A stretch of 25,303 bases of DNA from a virus (Duplodnaviria > Caudoviricetes), in the IMG/VR virus record IMGVR_UViG_3300021971_000015, positions 1-25,303 of that record; one strand, given 5' to 3'. Below the pieces are notes generated by a model. That model did not search any database, was not told the DNA's origin, and saw only the letters and a list, made by a program, of their open reading frames with translations. The position numbers and the translations under genes are program-made. Below are positions 1 to 10,471 of this stretch, in pieces (positions within the stretch are counted from its first letter, which is position 1; each line of letters begins with the position of its first letter).

Positions 1-619
1 GAGCTTTAGCAGTAGCTGTAGAGTTGCTGTTTATCTCAGCACTAGCTTGACTACCGACCGCTTGAGCTTTGCTAAAGGCATTATCAGCCGTACTTTGAGC
101 TTTAGAGGTAGCATTAGACTGAACTGCTATTTCTGAATTGGCATAGTTATAACTGCTATCTGCGGCTGATTTAGCTAGTTTTGCCATTGAAGCCGCTTGA
201 CTTGTTGCGCTAGCGGCACTTGTAAACTTACTATCTGTATTATTCTTTAGGGCTGCTTGTGTCTTTGCAAGTTCGGAATTATAGGCGTCTTTATAATTCT
301 TGTATGTCTTTCGATCTACATCACTGGCGTGATCTGGATCTGTCAAGACACCAACCATGAATTTGTTTAAATTATTATATGCGATAGTTAAGGAATCTAT
401 ATTGATTCCTTCATCCTTTGCATTTTGAACAAGTACATTATATTGTGATGTCAATCCCGCAAATTGTACGATATTATTTTGTTTCTCAATGACACTCATC
501 AAGTTGGGATCGTTTAAATCTATGACACCATCTTTGGCATCGTTAGCCGTGTTCTGTGCATCAACGATTTTAATGCCGTCATCTGTTAAGATAACCTGTG
601 TAATGTTTGATTCTGCCAA
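1..619 (-). CDS. Tail fibre / host-specificity protein, N-terminal part (runs off the left edge; not in the ORF track)
   Basis: RBS TAGGAGG then TTG start at 619. The frame is open to the window edge: MAESNITQVILTDDGIKIVDAQNTANDAKDG...KFTSAASATSQAAS...SKAQSTADNAFSKAQ. Ala/Ser-rich coiled-coil repeats; lies directly after Tal. Confidence 0.75.
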   Translation of the reverse strand, partial: MAESNITQVILTDDGIKIVDAQNTANDAKDGVIDLNDPNLMSVIEKQNNIVQFAGLTSQYNVLVQNAKDEGINIDSLTIAYNNLNKFMVGVLTDPDHASDVDRKTYKNYKDAYNSELAKTQAALKNNTDSKFTSAASATSQAASMAKLAKSAADSSYNYANSEIAVQSNATSKAQSTADNAFSKAQAVGSQASAEINSNSTATAKA

Positions 620-705
620 AATTACCCCTCCTAAGAAAATGTCTTGTCTGTAAACTTTGATGTACCGGGGTTTGTAGACCCCGTTTTTATAATAAAATAC
701 GGATT

Positions 706-3087
706 TTATGCATCCGGTTCAACGTACGTCCCGTCAATCGGAATTTCTCCACGATCAATTTCTGTCGCTGCTTCTCGCAATAAGATTGGCATTTTATATA
801 TTTTTTCTATTTGACCAGTACCAACGGTTTCAGCCGTAGCGACCGTATTATTGAGAAGATACATCCAAGGCTTACCACTTTCGATGTGCACTTGAATGCC
901 TTCTGGTTCTAAGTTATAATCATTGCTATTAGGTAACGTAAAATCATTACCATATGCGTATTCAAATTCTTGACCACCATGAACGATATTCGCAGCGTAT
1001 AACATACGCTTATCTTTTTGGTTAATGTCACCAGAGTTCCAATATACCCAAGGGTAACTAAACGTTTGTGTTTGATATGTTTGAGCATTGATATCAAAAC
1101 CAAAGTCAGTGATGGTTACAGAGTACTTGGGATTAAGAGTTCCTGCTAGCATGTCATCAAGTAAACAAGCATCCATGCGACCCTTTTGGTTTCTTAATAA
1201 CATCCACCCGTTAACAGAGTCAACGTTAATACACTTGTATTCGCTAAACTTTACATGAGTTGTAATTAAATTGCTAGTAGTGGGAATTGTGACTCTCCCA
1301 GATTGCCAATTCCAAGTAACAAAACACCATTTAGAATCTGACGGGTCTTTCCACATTGTATACATTTTAATTGTACTACCACTTAGTTCTGCCCAGAAAC
1401 TAGTACCATGACCACCGTTAGCCAGAATACAGTAGTCGGTACATACAAAACTAGAATTTCTAATAGCATACATTGTGTTCCCAGTATTGCCCATTGAATG
1501 ACTAGTCATATACCTACCGTCGCTTAATTTAACGATGAATTGAGCAATATTCCAAGATAATTGGCCATGGGCAGGAAAGCTACCTAGATAGGTAGCAGCA
1601 CCCTCAAATGATATCTCGGGACCGTTCATGATATAATCAGACTCAATTGATCCGTTAAGGGTACCTAATGCTGAATATGGAACTTTTTGAAAGTATCCAG
1701 TAGAATGATAAGAAGTATCAATGCTTCCATCACCTTTAACCTTACGCCAAATAAATCCAAGATTATCAATATATGAACTGATATTGGTTGAGCCTTCCCA
1801 AGCCTGTAAAATAAGTCGCTTAGTATCATTCATACTCGTAAAGTTATTGCCATCAGGAGCCTGAGCCACTGGCTTAATTGAGGCAGCGTTGTTACGAGCG
1901 TCTTCAACAGCTGAAATTAAATTACTAGTAAGGTTTGTTAACCAAGAAGGAGTAACCACTTGAACGGTAACAAACTCACCAAGAACTAATGAATTTCCAA
2001 AAGGATTAGCTTTACTGAATGTTCGTTGGATAACTCGTGATTCTACTGTCATTTCAGGTTCCATATCCCAGTCTTTAACTCGGACGTTAGCCCCTAATGG
2101 AACCAAAAAGTCTTCTGATACAGTGACCGTGTAGTTAACTCGTGGGTGATTGTACAAAGCTAATACTTTCTGTGCCCAAGTCTTTAAACCGGCGGTATCA
2201 TTAATACCTTCTGACTGTTTAGCACCGACCATATAGCCTAACTTATAATCAGGGTATATGGTCGGTGCTAAACAGTCAGAACCTGAGTTAACATTACCAA
2301 TTAAAGTCCCATCAGAGCCAATTGGTTTAAAAGCAGTGATAATTTGAGAACCGATTGTGGTTCGTGTGATCCCTGTAACGTTAGTTTTGTAATTAAGGTC
2401 ATCATATGGCCCACCTCCAGAGTCTAACTCGTCAACAACGTGAATAACTTTATCTGTAACGATACCTGTTGAGTCGATTTTTACATAAGCTTCTGCTTCA
2501 ACATCGTATGCCTGTAAGAACGCTTGAAAGTATGATTGAGTAGTTTGCACCCCGTCATATGATATATCTGCTGTTAAACCAGAGGTTGTTTCTAGGTCAA
2601 CCGTCCAATTAACTCCTGCAAACAGCATCTGAGCCGCTAGTAAGATATTGGCACTCTCTTGTGATTGCTTAATAGGAATAGTGCCATTCATACGATAGGC
2701 TGCTAAATTTTGTAGATAAGCTGTTGTAATATGGCGACCAGAGGCATCTGATCCAGATTCTTCTGTCTGATAAATATACATAATATACCAGTGACCTTGT
2801 AGCTCATCCCAATAAGCTAAACTATTACCAACAACCATCTTTGCGCTATCTGGGTAACCCTGCGCAACAGTAATCGTCCCCGTATGAGACCATTGCTTTG
2901 AGTTGGCATTTAAGGTAATATTAGTATTTGTACTATCTTTAACGTCAATGGTATCAGTTGTACTATCAGCAGTTGCAATTTCTTGCACAATAGAATCGTT
3001 TGAGAACGGGGTGGCACCGTTAATATCTAACGTACCTATCCGAACTAATTGAGGATCTAAGATAATGTAAGTGTCTTTTAAAGCCAT
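706..3087 (-). CDS. Tal / baseplate hub (prophage endopeptidase-tail-like) fused to a probable beta-propeller receptor-binding domain
   Basis: 793 aa, follows Dit. The N-terminal ~375 aa have a Tal-like pattern (GITRT..ITAFKPIG, YNHPRVNYTVTV, GANVRVKD, SRVIQRTFS..LVLGEF). The C-terminal part has GHGTSF, YQTQ and EPEG motifs as in teichoic-acid-binding propeller RBPs. Confidence 0.7.
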   Translation of the reverse strand: MALKDTYIILDPQLVRIGTLDINGATPFSNDSIVQEIATADSTTDTIDVKDSTNTNITLNANSKQWSHTGTITVAQGYPDSAKMVVGNSLAYWDELQGHWYIMYIYQTEESGSDASGRHITTAYLQNLAAYRMNGTIPIKQSQESANILLAAQMLFAGVNWTVDLETTSGLTADISYDGVQTTQSYFQAFLQAYDVEAEAYVKIDSTGIVTDKVIHVVDELDSGGGPYDDLNYKTNVTGITRTTIGSQIITAFKPIGSDGTLIGNVNSGSDCLAPTIYPDYKLGYMVGAKQSEGINDTAGLKTWAQKVLALYNHPRVNYTVTVSEDFLVPLGANVRVKDWDMEPEMTVESRVIQRTFSKANPFGNSLVLGEFVTVQVVTPSWLTNLTSNLISAVEDARNNAASIKPVAQAPDGNNFTSMNDTKRLILQAWEGSTNISSYIDNLGFIWRKVKGDGSIDTSYHSTGYFQKVPYSALGTLNGSIESDYIMNGPEISFEGAATYLGSFPAHGQLSWNIAQFIVKLSDGRYMTSHSMGNTGNTMYAIRNSSFVCTDYCILANGGHGTSFWAELSGSTIKMYTMWKDPSDSKWCFVTWNWQSGRVTIPTTSNLITTHVKFSEYKCINVDSVNGWMLLRNQKGRMDACLLDDMLAGTLNPKYSVTITDFGFDINAQTYQTQTFSYPWVYWNSGDINQKDKRMLYAANIVHGGQEFEYAYGNDFTLPNSNDYNLEPEGIQVHIESGKPWMYLLNNTVATAETVGTGQIEKIYKMPILLREAATEIDRGEIPIDGTYVEPDA

Positions 3088-3134
3088 CTTTACATACCCC
3101 TTTCTAAATTTATGTATAAGAAAGCCGGAGCTTT

Positions 3135-4880
3135 CTATTTAACTTTAGGAATGATATCCATTTTTATATCTGCATCGGCAATATCCCCTGCAAAGATAAG
3201 GGTACAAACCTTACCACCAATAAATTTAGGCCAATCGGTTGACCATACAGGCTGAAGTTGAACATCATCAACAGTAACCTGTTGCGTTTCTGTATTGATG
3301 ATAATCTCTTGGCCCGCTTTGGCAACCACATCTGGAGTGTCTGGATCAACGTCGTTAACCCGATAGATATTAACACCACTAATTGACATAAAGGGAACCT
3401 TGTAGGCAACCTTTTGGTCATCTTCGGTAATGGAGTGTTTTTGCATTACAATAGCAATTGTACTAAGAGTGACACTTGCGTATTTCTTCTTAGAATCTAC
3501 CCAACGACGATTGGCATTATAGGCACCCTTCCACGTTGCTTTATGACCAGTACCAGTATCGTACTGGGTAACGCTTGCAGTCCAAACGTTGTTAGTATCC
3601 TTTTCAATCATAATCTTTCCCCAGAAGTCTGATAAAGCGGTTCGCTCACCAGCATTCTGAACATTCATATATTTAGAGGTACTTTTCTTTGTTGAACTAG
3701 TCGTTACTTTTTTAGTCTTACGATCAATTTGAGTCCAAACATCCTTATCATTTCTATTAAGTGGCAGTCTTTGACCCGAGCTACCGGTATTAATAAGTGA
3801 TTCATGGGTTCTATCACCACCTACGAACTTAGTCCCCGGCAAACCGAACTGAACTAATAAGTAAGGAACCTTACCACCAGAGTTATCCCGAATGGTTAGG
3901 CGAGCAATCGTTTGATTGGTTGGGTTTAACAGCAGCGTTTCTACTGATCCAATTGCACGACCATTACTAGAGCCAAAGTATTTGTAATGGTGCATCCAAG
4001 TTTCTACGTGAAATGCAGTAAGGTTTGTTTCCAAACCATCGTGAACTGCAACTGGACCATAATAATCTGATCTATGCACACCAAAACCGTCATTACCAGC
4101 GTCATCCTTAGAAGTTCTTACGATAATCGAACTAGTAGCAGATCGACTAATCATTTCTCCTTGGTTGGTTTGTGTCCCACTAGAAGTAATACCACGAATG
4201 AGATCTGCATCCTGAGACCATACTGCCATTGTGTCAGCAGTATCGGTCATGACTGCTGTTAAACGCTCTTTGACGGTTGCTTGACCAATTGCATCATCAG
4301 GGCCAACACCGAACTGACCGCCGTTGACAATATAACCAAAGTATGATAAGCTTCGCTTTGGAATGATGTGAATAACGGACTCAGCCGTAGTATTTCCTTC
4401 TAGCATGATTGGGTTTAGGTTCTTGCCACTAAGAGTGTAGCGACGTTGAGGATAATACCCTCGTGGATCGCTCATCGTAAACGATAACGTAAATGACGTA
4501 TCGAAAACATCTGTCCCGATAAATGCCGGTGTCCCAATCGCAGTCCAGTGTCCCCAATAAGTAACATCTGGATTGGCCCCGAACGTAATGGGATATTCCG
4601 TGCCCAACTCATCTTCTAAGTTAATTAGAATATCACCCAAGAGAATCATATGTTCCTGAAACTCTTTCCAAGAGGAATCCATAGCAGTAACGGGAATATC
4701 TATCTGTTTGGATGAATAATTCATACCATAAAACTCATTCCCGTACTTACCGGGAATGTCTGCAACGGATTCTGTCATGGTAGGGGCAATTGGTATCGCT
4801 ACCTTTTGCATGATTAAACCCATATCATGATAACTATTGTATCCGTTAAAGTTAAATTCGTTCTCACTTAAACTAGGCAT
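3135..4880 (-). CDS. Distal tail protein (Dit), long form with inserted domain
   Basis: Follows the tape measure. N-terminus FNFNGYNSYHDMGL..DIPGKYG and FTLSFTMSDPRGY are Dit-like. 581 aa is longer than a minimal Dit. Confidence 0.8.
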   Translation of the reverse strand: MPSLSENEFNFNGYNSYHDMGLIMQKVAIPIAPTMTESVADIPGKYGNEFYGMNYSSKQIDIPVTAMDSSWKEFQEHMILLGDILINLEDELGTEYPITFGANPDVTYWGHWTAIGTPAFIGTDVFDTSFTLSFTMSDPRGYYPQRRYTLSGKNLNPIMLEGNTTAESVIHIIPKRSLSYFGYIVNGGQFGVGPDDAIGQATVKERLTAVMTDTADTMAVWSQDADLIRGITSSGTQTNQGEMISRSATSSIIVRTSKDDAGNDGFGVHRSDYYGPVAVHDGLETNLTAFHVETWMHHYKYFGSSNGRAIGSVETLLLNPTNQTIARLTIRDNSGGKVPYLLVQFGLPGTKFVGGDRTHESLINTGSSGQRLPLNRNDKDVWTQIDRKTKKVTTSSTKKSTSKYMNVQNAGERTALSDFWGKIMIEKDTNNVWTASVTQYDTGTGHKATWKGAYNANRRWVDSKKKYASVTLSTIAIVMQKHSITEDDQKVAYKVPFMSISGVNIYRVNDVDPDTPDVVAKAGQEIIINTETQQVTVDDVQLQPVWSTDWPKFIGGKVCTLIFAGDIADADIKMDIIPKVK

Positions 4881-7800
4881 TCGCTAACCCCGTACCTTTC
4901 GTTATAGATTGTTGGTTATTGTAAATAGATTGACCACGTAAATTCTTCTTGTAAGCATTAAGATCAGTATCCGTAAATGCTGTTCCGGCGAACATTTGAA
5001 TGAACGTATTCAAAGCAGCTAACGTTTGTTGCTGGGCTTCGACCATTGCGGTTAACTGAGTGATGGTTGCTTGCGCAACCGCACTAGAATCACCAGTAGC
5101 TGTTTGTGCGACGGCTTGTGTCGAACCGTCGTTGTTAGCTAAGTAATCGACAGATTGCTTTAAGAGAGCGACTGAACGATTCTTATTAGTCAACGGAATA
5201 ACCATCTCTGGTTTGTTCTGTTCTGCAATTTCAATCATTTGGTTCTGGTTAACTAAACCACCATTAGCATAACCGTGGCCTTGACCAAGGAACCCTAACC
5301 CTGAGCCATAAGTTCTTTTAGCATAATGGAGACCAGCTAAAATACTATCAAACCCATTATAAATGTTCTTATGACCGCTAAACGCATTAGCGTTAAACGT
5401 AGCACGCTTAGTCTGCATAAGACCCATTGCTGGACCAGAACCATCACCATCAGGATCTGCTCCGGGTTGTTTAGCTTTTGGGTTACCACCAGATTCAGTA
5501 CTAATCTGACGAAGAACACGGGCGATCATTGAAGCACTAGTACTTAAATTATTGGCTGCGAGACCTTTACGTACAAGACCTTTCCACCGTTGAACGCCAG
5601 AACCACTAGGTTCTCCAGCTGAACCCACATCGGCATTATCGTTTACTGAACTAATTAATTCTTTTAAGTTTTTAACAGCACCAGCTGCCACACCTTTTAT
5701 ACCAGTTGCGTATCCCTTCCCGTTAAGAGAAGTCTTACCTACAACTGTATCTGGGTCGAATTTTTCAATAATAACACTTGCGATCTTTTTAACAGGGTCT
5801 CCGATCGCCTTAGCTATCTTAGTTGCAGAATCCACTAAACCTGAGATAAACTTCGGGGTACTAGTGATAAACCCTGACAAGAAACCTGATAGATTGGTGT
5901 TACCATCTGCATAAGTGCCAAAATGAGTCAAGTCTGTAGTTCCCTTAGCAAATCCGGGAATCGTTCGCCCCATACCGCCAGTAAACAGCGATGCTGTGTC
6001 ATGAGCGTTCAAGATATGGTCGCCTGCACGTAGTTGAGCCATCGTAGTACCGTTCTGACCAAGAATATCCATACGGCCCGTAGATTTGTTAATGCGAGCT
6101 TCTGGACCTTCTTCACCAACCAATGCCATTTGATCTTGGCTGATGGGACCACCAGCGTACTTCATACCACTTGTCGAAATGCCACCGTTAGCAGTATAGG
6201 TAGTTACCTTACCAGAACCCTTAGATAAGTTTTTGAACATTCCACTAAAGAAACCAGAAATTCCGCCCCACACCTTATTTAAGCCTCGGCCAAGACGATC
6301 AGATAAGGTCATCTGATTATCCATTTGGTCAATCGTCTTATTGGTAACGTCCTTCTTTTGCTTTTCAGCGGCGGCTACTGCGTTTTTAGATTGACCATTC
6401 ATATAACGAGTGATCGTATCTTTTTGCGCCTTGATTGTCTTAGTTGTTTCATCGTGTTGGTTCGTAGCTGACTTAGTAACCTTCTTGTACTGGTTATCAG
6501 CAGCTTTAGACGTATCATCACGTTGTTGCTTAGCCTTCGCAACGATCTTCTTGTATTGGTCATTAGTAATTGATCCAGTATCATCACGTTGGTGCTGAGC
6601 AGCTTTTTTAGCTTTTTGGTAGGTCGTTTCGGCGGCATTAATAACAGAGTCACGTTGTTTCTTAGCTGGCTTAACAGCAGCATTATAGATTTCGTTAGAT
6701 TTCTTTTGCTGGTCATTAAGTTGTGACTTGTTATACTTACCTAAGTTTTTATTAAGGTCAGCACGGAGATCTTTTTGCTTATCTCCGCCCTTTTTCACAG
6801 CAGCTGCTACCTTAGTTTCAGAACCAGACATATCAGACAAGTAACGTTTGATATATGATTGGTAAGACTTCCGCATTTCTTTGTTCTTTTCATTTTCATA
6901 CTGCGTAGAATTCTTGCCGTACTTCTTAGCAATATTTTGAAGTTGAGTTGTGCCACCAGAAGCGATCTTCGTTTGCCGTTTGTAGTAAGAGTTTTGAGCC
7001 TTCGTTAAATCCTTGGCAGACTTGGTTGCTGTAGAAACTTCTGTGTTGTAACGATTCTTAACAGCTTTTAACTGCTTATTGTATTCAGCACGAGTGATTG
7101 TACCGTCTTTAAGTTGAGAATCCAAATACTTCTTAGCAGAAGTAATCTGTTTAGCTTGTTCACCCTTGATAACAGCGGTGATAGCCTTAGAATCCTTTTC
7201 AACATTTTTACGGCTTTTTCCGAGGGCGGTAGTGTCAGCGCTAATTTTAATACTAGCATGTTTAGAAAGATCTTTAAGAACAGGCTGAATCTTTTTCGAA
7301 ACAGCTTCGCTTAACCCGTCAGTCTTGACAGAAGTACTAATCTTAGATACTTTTACGTGAGCAGTAAAATCTTTATCAACAAAGGCGGTCTTCAACTTAT
7401 CTGCAACCATAGGTACAACAACTGCACCAATAGCGGCACCAATAGGACCACCTACAGCTCCGCCAACTGCACCACCAATAGCTCCGGCACCAACATCAAG
7501 AATAGATGATTTAAGCTGTTTAGCCCAATCAATCTTTTTTCCAGAAGCAAGTTTAGGAACAACTTCCATTCCGACTGTAAGAGCAGTACCGACAGCACCA
7601 ATCTTTAACCCCGATACTGCACGTGAAGCAACTGCGCTCTTGGTAAAGAATGAGCTTGCCTTGGATAAGATACCGGTTTTGCTTGCAGCACCTACAGCAA
7701 CCTCTTCGCCCTCTTGAACAACACTACTTTCAGCAGTCTTAGCAGCAGTAGTACCTACCTTAGACCCCTTAGTACGGCGAGTGCCTACCCCGGTTGCATG

Positions 7801-10221
7801 TGAGCCACCAGAAGCAATGCTTTCTCCTTCTGCGGCAGTAGCAGCTTCCGTCCAAGCGGCAGTTAATTGCTGAACCATAGCAGTTTGTTCTTTAATAGCA
7901 ACGGTTGCTACGGTGCCAGATGTTTTAAATCTATTACCAACAAACGAGATCAGTCGTGGGATACCGCCAAGAAGCTTGACAGCACCACCAGCTAATGACA
8001 TAATCTTAGTCACAGGTCCAATTAACGCAACGGCTGCAACACCAACTGCAGTCCACTTAGCAACATTAAGTTGCTGAGACTTACTCATCTTGTTCCACCA
8101 TGAATCTAAACCTTTAACAAATTTAAGAGCTTCATTACCGACAGTGACAATAGTTGGGAGTAAGTCATTAGCTAACTCGCCACCAAAGTTCTTGACATTC
8201 TCTTTTAATATGTTAAACTGGTTTATAGGGGTTTTTAAGTTGGCTTTAGATAATTTATCAATATAGTTATTAGCGGATGCTTCTTGGATTTGAGCATTCA
8301 AACCTTTTAAAGCACTAGCATTATCAACTAAGATACCACCAGCTTGTTGACCAGTAGTACCAAAAATAGCGTGAAAAATATCAGTACGCTTCTGACCAGT
8401 AAGACCCTTCATATGATCGCCTAAAGTCTTGAAGATATCAGACATTGACTTCATATTACCAGACTTGTCAGTAAAGTCTTTGGTAGTTAAACCAATTGAC
8501 TTCAAAGCACCAGTGGCATTATCAGTAGGCGTAACAAGAGAGTTAATCGCTTTTCTGAGCCCAGTACCAGCTTTATCGGCTTCCAGCCCATTATTACTAA
8601 GGATACCCATGGCACCGGCGGTTTCAGACAAACTAAAACCAGCTTGGTGAGCAGTATTACCTACATATTCCATCCCTTTTCCAAGAGACTGAAAGTCAGT
8701 AGCTGTCATATCGGCAGCATAAGCCATTTCATTTGTTACTATACTCGTGTTCTTAATCATACCAGAAACAGAGTCAGTCTTCATACCAAATGATTCTAGG
8801 GTTTGAGTAACAACAGTAGTAACGTCATTTAAATCATCACCAGAAGCTACGGCAGCTTGCATAACACTCTTGTAAGCACCTAATGCTTGTGCGGATGAAT
8901 AACCACGCTTGATTAATTCCTGATAGCCATCAGCGATCTTTTGTTGAGAAATACCATACTCGTTAGAGTACTTTGTGGTATTAGAACGCATAGTAGCCAT
9001 ATTCTTACTAATTTCAGAAGTACTTTCTGTATTAGAAGTCTTAATCAAGTTTTGAGTTTTAGTATAACTAGTAGTTAAGCTAGCATCTAACTTAAGCCCT
9101 TGACCAACAATGGTAGCAATACCTACTCCAGCAACAACAGCCCCACGAGAGATAGTGTTAGCTGTTCCTTGGAATTTAGATGCGGCGGAAGCCATCTTGT
9201 TAAGACCATCTCTAGCCTTACCACCGGCAGTCCCCATTCCGCCAAGGTTTTTATTAATCTCTTTGATACGTTTATTGTTGCTATCCATATCAGTGGTTAA
9301 CTTAGTAACCTTACCCATCTGTTCAGCATACGCTTGTGTTGCTTTACCTGTCTTGCTTTCAATATTAGATAGTTCTTTAGACTCAATCTTATATTGTTCA
9401 GCAAGATTTTTTTGAATGGCTCCAAGCTTCTTAGCTTCTAAAGCTTGTGATTGGAATTCTTTTCCTTGCCCTTTAAGGCGAGTGATAACTCCATCGGTAG
9501 CAGTATTGATGCTACTCTGAGCTGTTTTAAGATCATGCAACCCACTAGTGTATTCCTTTTGCTCTTTGGCGGCCTTAGCATACGCCTCACGAGCTTGGTT
9601 TACCTTAGTGTTTTGCTTTTCAATCTCAACAGTAGAAGAACCTTCTGCTTTTTCAATGTTATCTAAAGCGTGTTCTTCTTTAACTAGTTCTTCAAGAAGT
9701 CCTTCGGTACGAACTTCTAAAGCTTTTTTCTTTTCAGCGTTGGCTTCTGTTTCTCGTCCTTCTGCTTTTAAAGCGGAAACAGAAGAATCCATTGAATCGT
9801 TCCAAGCCTTATTAATGCGTTGGAGTTCTTCAATACCAGTAGACGAACGTTGGAATACAGCGTTAGAGGACTGTAACTGAGCTTCCATACGAGCCATAGA
9901 AGCCTTGCCTTGGTTAAGTTTAGCTTCCCAACGGTCGTACGCAAGAGCGCTTGTATCTGTCCCTCTAACAGTACCTTCAAGGGCGTGTTCAAGCCCTTTA
10001 TTATACTGTTCTTGTGCCGCAATTTGTCGGTTAAGTCCACCGATTTTAGTTTCGAGTGCGCCCATTGAATCCCCGGCGGCTTTCATTTCTGTAGCATTAG
10101 CCTTCCACTCAGCACCCATAGAACGAATGTTGGTTTTCAAGGTATTCAAAGAGGTTTGAGCCTTGGCATCATTCACGTTAACATATAAAGTTAAGCTACC
10201 GTAAGCAGCGTCCTTTGCCAT
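4873..10221 (-). CDS. Tape measure protein with C-terminal lytic transglycosylase (SLT-like) domain
   Basis: 1782 aa, Ala/Lys-rich and helical. TP901-type core (LSNNGLEADKAGTGLRKAI). C-terminal RQISTESGGNPKA...GLMQ...ILAGLHYA motifs. Confidence 0.95.
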   Translation of the reverse strand: MAKDAAYGSLTLYVNVNDAKAQTSLNTLKTNIRSMGAEWKANATEMKAAGDSMGALETKIGGLNRQIAAQEQYNKGLEHALEGTVRGTDTSALAYDRWEAKLNQGKASMARMEAQLQSSNAVFQRSSTGIEELQRINKAWNDSMDSSVSALKAEGRETEANAEKKKALEVRTEGLLEELVKEEHALDNIEKAEGSSTVEIEKQNTKVNQAREAYAKAAKEQKEYTSGLHDLKTAQSSINTATDGVITRLKGQGKEFQSQALEAKKLGAIQKNLAEQYKIESKELSNIESKTGKATQAYAEQMGKVTKLTTDMDSNNKRIKEINKNLGGMGTAGGKARDGLNKMASAASKFQGTANTISRGAVVAGVGIATIVGQGLKLDASLTTSYTKTQNLIKTSNTESTSEISKNMATMRSNTTKYSNEYGISQQKIADGYQELIKRGYSSAQALGAYKSVMQAAVASGDDLNDVTTVVTQTLESFGMKTDSVSGMIKNTSIVTNEMAYAADMTATDFQSLGKGMEYVGNTAHQAGFSLSETAGAMGILSNNGLEADKAGTGLRKAINSLVTPTDNATGALKSIGLTTKDFTDKSGNMKSMSDIFKTLGDHMKGLTGQKRTDIFHAIFGTTGQQAGGILVDNASALKGLNAQIQEASANNYIDKLSKANLKTPINQFNILKENVKNFGGELANDLLPTIVTVGNEALKFVKGLDSWWNKMSKSQQLNVAKWTAVGVAAVALIGPVTKIMSLAGGAVKLLGGIPRLISFVGNRFKTSGTVATVAIKEQTAMVQQLTAAWTEAATAAEGESIASGGSHATGVGTRRTKGSKVGTTAAKTAESSVVQEGEEVAVGAASKTGILSKASSFFTKSAVASRAVSGLKIGAVGTALTVGMEVVPKLASGKKIDWAKQLKSSILDVGAGAIGGAVGGAVGGPIGAAIGAVVVPMVADKLKTAFVDKDFTAHVKVSKISTSVKTDGLSEAVSKKIQPVLKDLSKHASIKISADTTALGKSRKNVEKDSKAITAVIKGEQAKQITSAKKYLDSQLKDGTITRAEYNKQLKAVKNRYNTEVSTATKSAKDLTKAQNSYYKRQTKIASGGTTQLQNIAKKYGKNSTQYENEKNKEMRKSYQSYIKRYLSDMSGSETKVAAAVKKGGDKQKDLRADLNKNLGKYNKSQLNDQQKKSNEIYNAAVKPAKKQRDSVINAAETTYQKAKKAAQHQRDDTGSITNDQYKKIVAKAKQQRDDTSKAADNQYKKVTKSATNQHDETTKTIKAQKDTITRYMNGQSKNAVAAAEKQKKDVTNKTIDQMDNQMTLSDRLGRGLNKVWGGISGFFSGMFKNLSKGSGKVTTYTANGGISTSGMKYAGGPISQDQMALVGEEGPEARINKSTGRMDILGQNGTTMAQLRAGDHILNAHDTASLFTGGMGRTIPGFAKGTTDLTHFGTYADGNTNLSGFLSGFITSTPKFISGLVDSATKIAKAIGDPVKKIASVIIEKFDPDTVVGKTSLNGKGYATGIKGVAAGAVKNLKELISSVNDNADVGSAGEPSGSGVQRWKGLVRKGLAANNLSTSASMIARVLRQISTESGGNPKAKQPGADPDGDGSGPAMGLMQTKRATFNANAFSGHKNIYNGFDSILAGLHYAKRTYGSGLGFLGQGHGYANGGLVNQNQMIEIAEQNKPEMVIPLTNKNRSVALLKQSVDYLANNDGSTQAVAQTATGDSSAVAQATITQLTAMVEAQQQTLAALNTFIQMFAGTAFTDTDLNAYKKNLRGQSIYNNQQSITKGTGLANA

Positions 10222-10242
10222 TGTTTCTCCTCCTTTTAATTA

Positions 10243-10272
10243 CAAAAATAAAAGCCTACCAAAGTAGACTTT
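10243..10272 (-). terminator. Intrinsic terminator-like hairpin upstream of the tape measure gene
   Basis: Minus strand reads AAAGTCTAC-TTTG-GTAGGCTTT followed by TATTTTT. Confidence 0.6.
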
Positions 10273-10471
10273 AGATATGATTGTCTTCCAACCAATACCC
10301 CAACGGAATAACCTCATCCTCATCTTCTCGTTCTTCGGAAGACATGACTTCGATTAACTCAAAATAATTAGTTTCCTCCAAAGAGCTAAAAGTATCCATA
10401 CCGTTCTGAATTAATGTCTTTTCCATAGAGTTAATGTCTTGCAACATCTCTGCGGCGGAAACGCTAGTTAC
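10271..10471 (-). CDS. Tail assembly chaperone C-terminal extension (gpT-like), probably reached by frameshift
   Basis: Overlaps the end of the chaperone ORF in the +1 (= -2) frame: VTSVSAAEMLQDINSMEK...YFELIEVM...LEDNHI. No well-spaced RBS; lies between chaperone and tape measure. Confidence 0.65.
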   Translation of the reverse strand, partial: VTSVSAAEMLQDINSMEKTLIQNGMDTFSSLEETNYFELIEVMSSEEREDEDEVIPLGYWLEDNHI

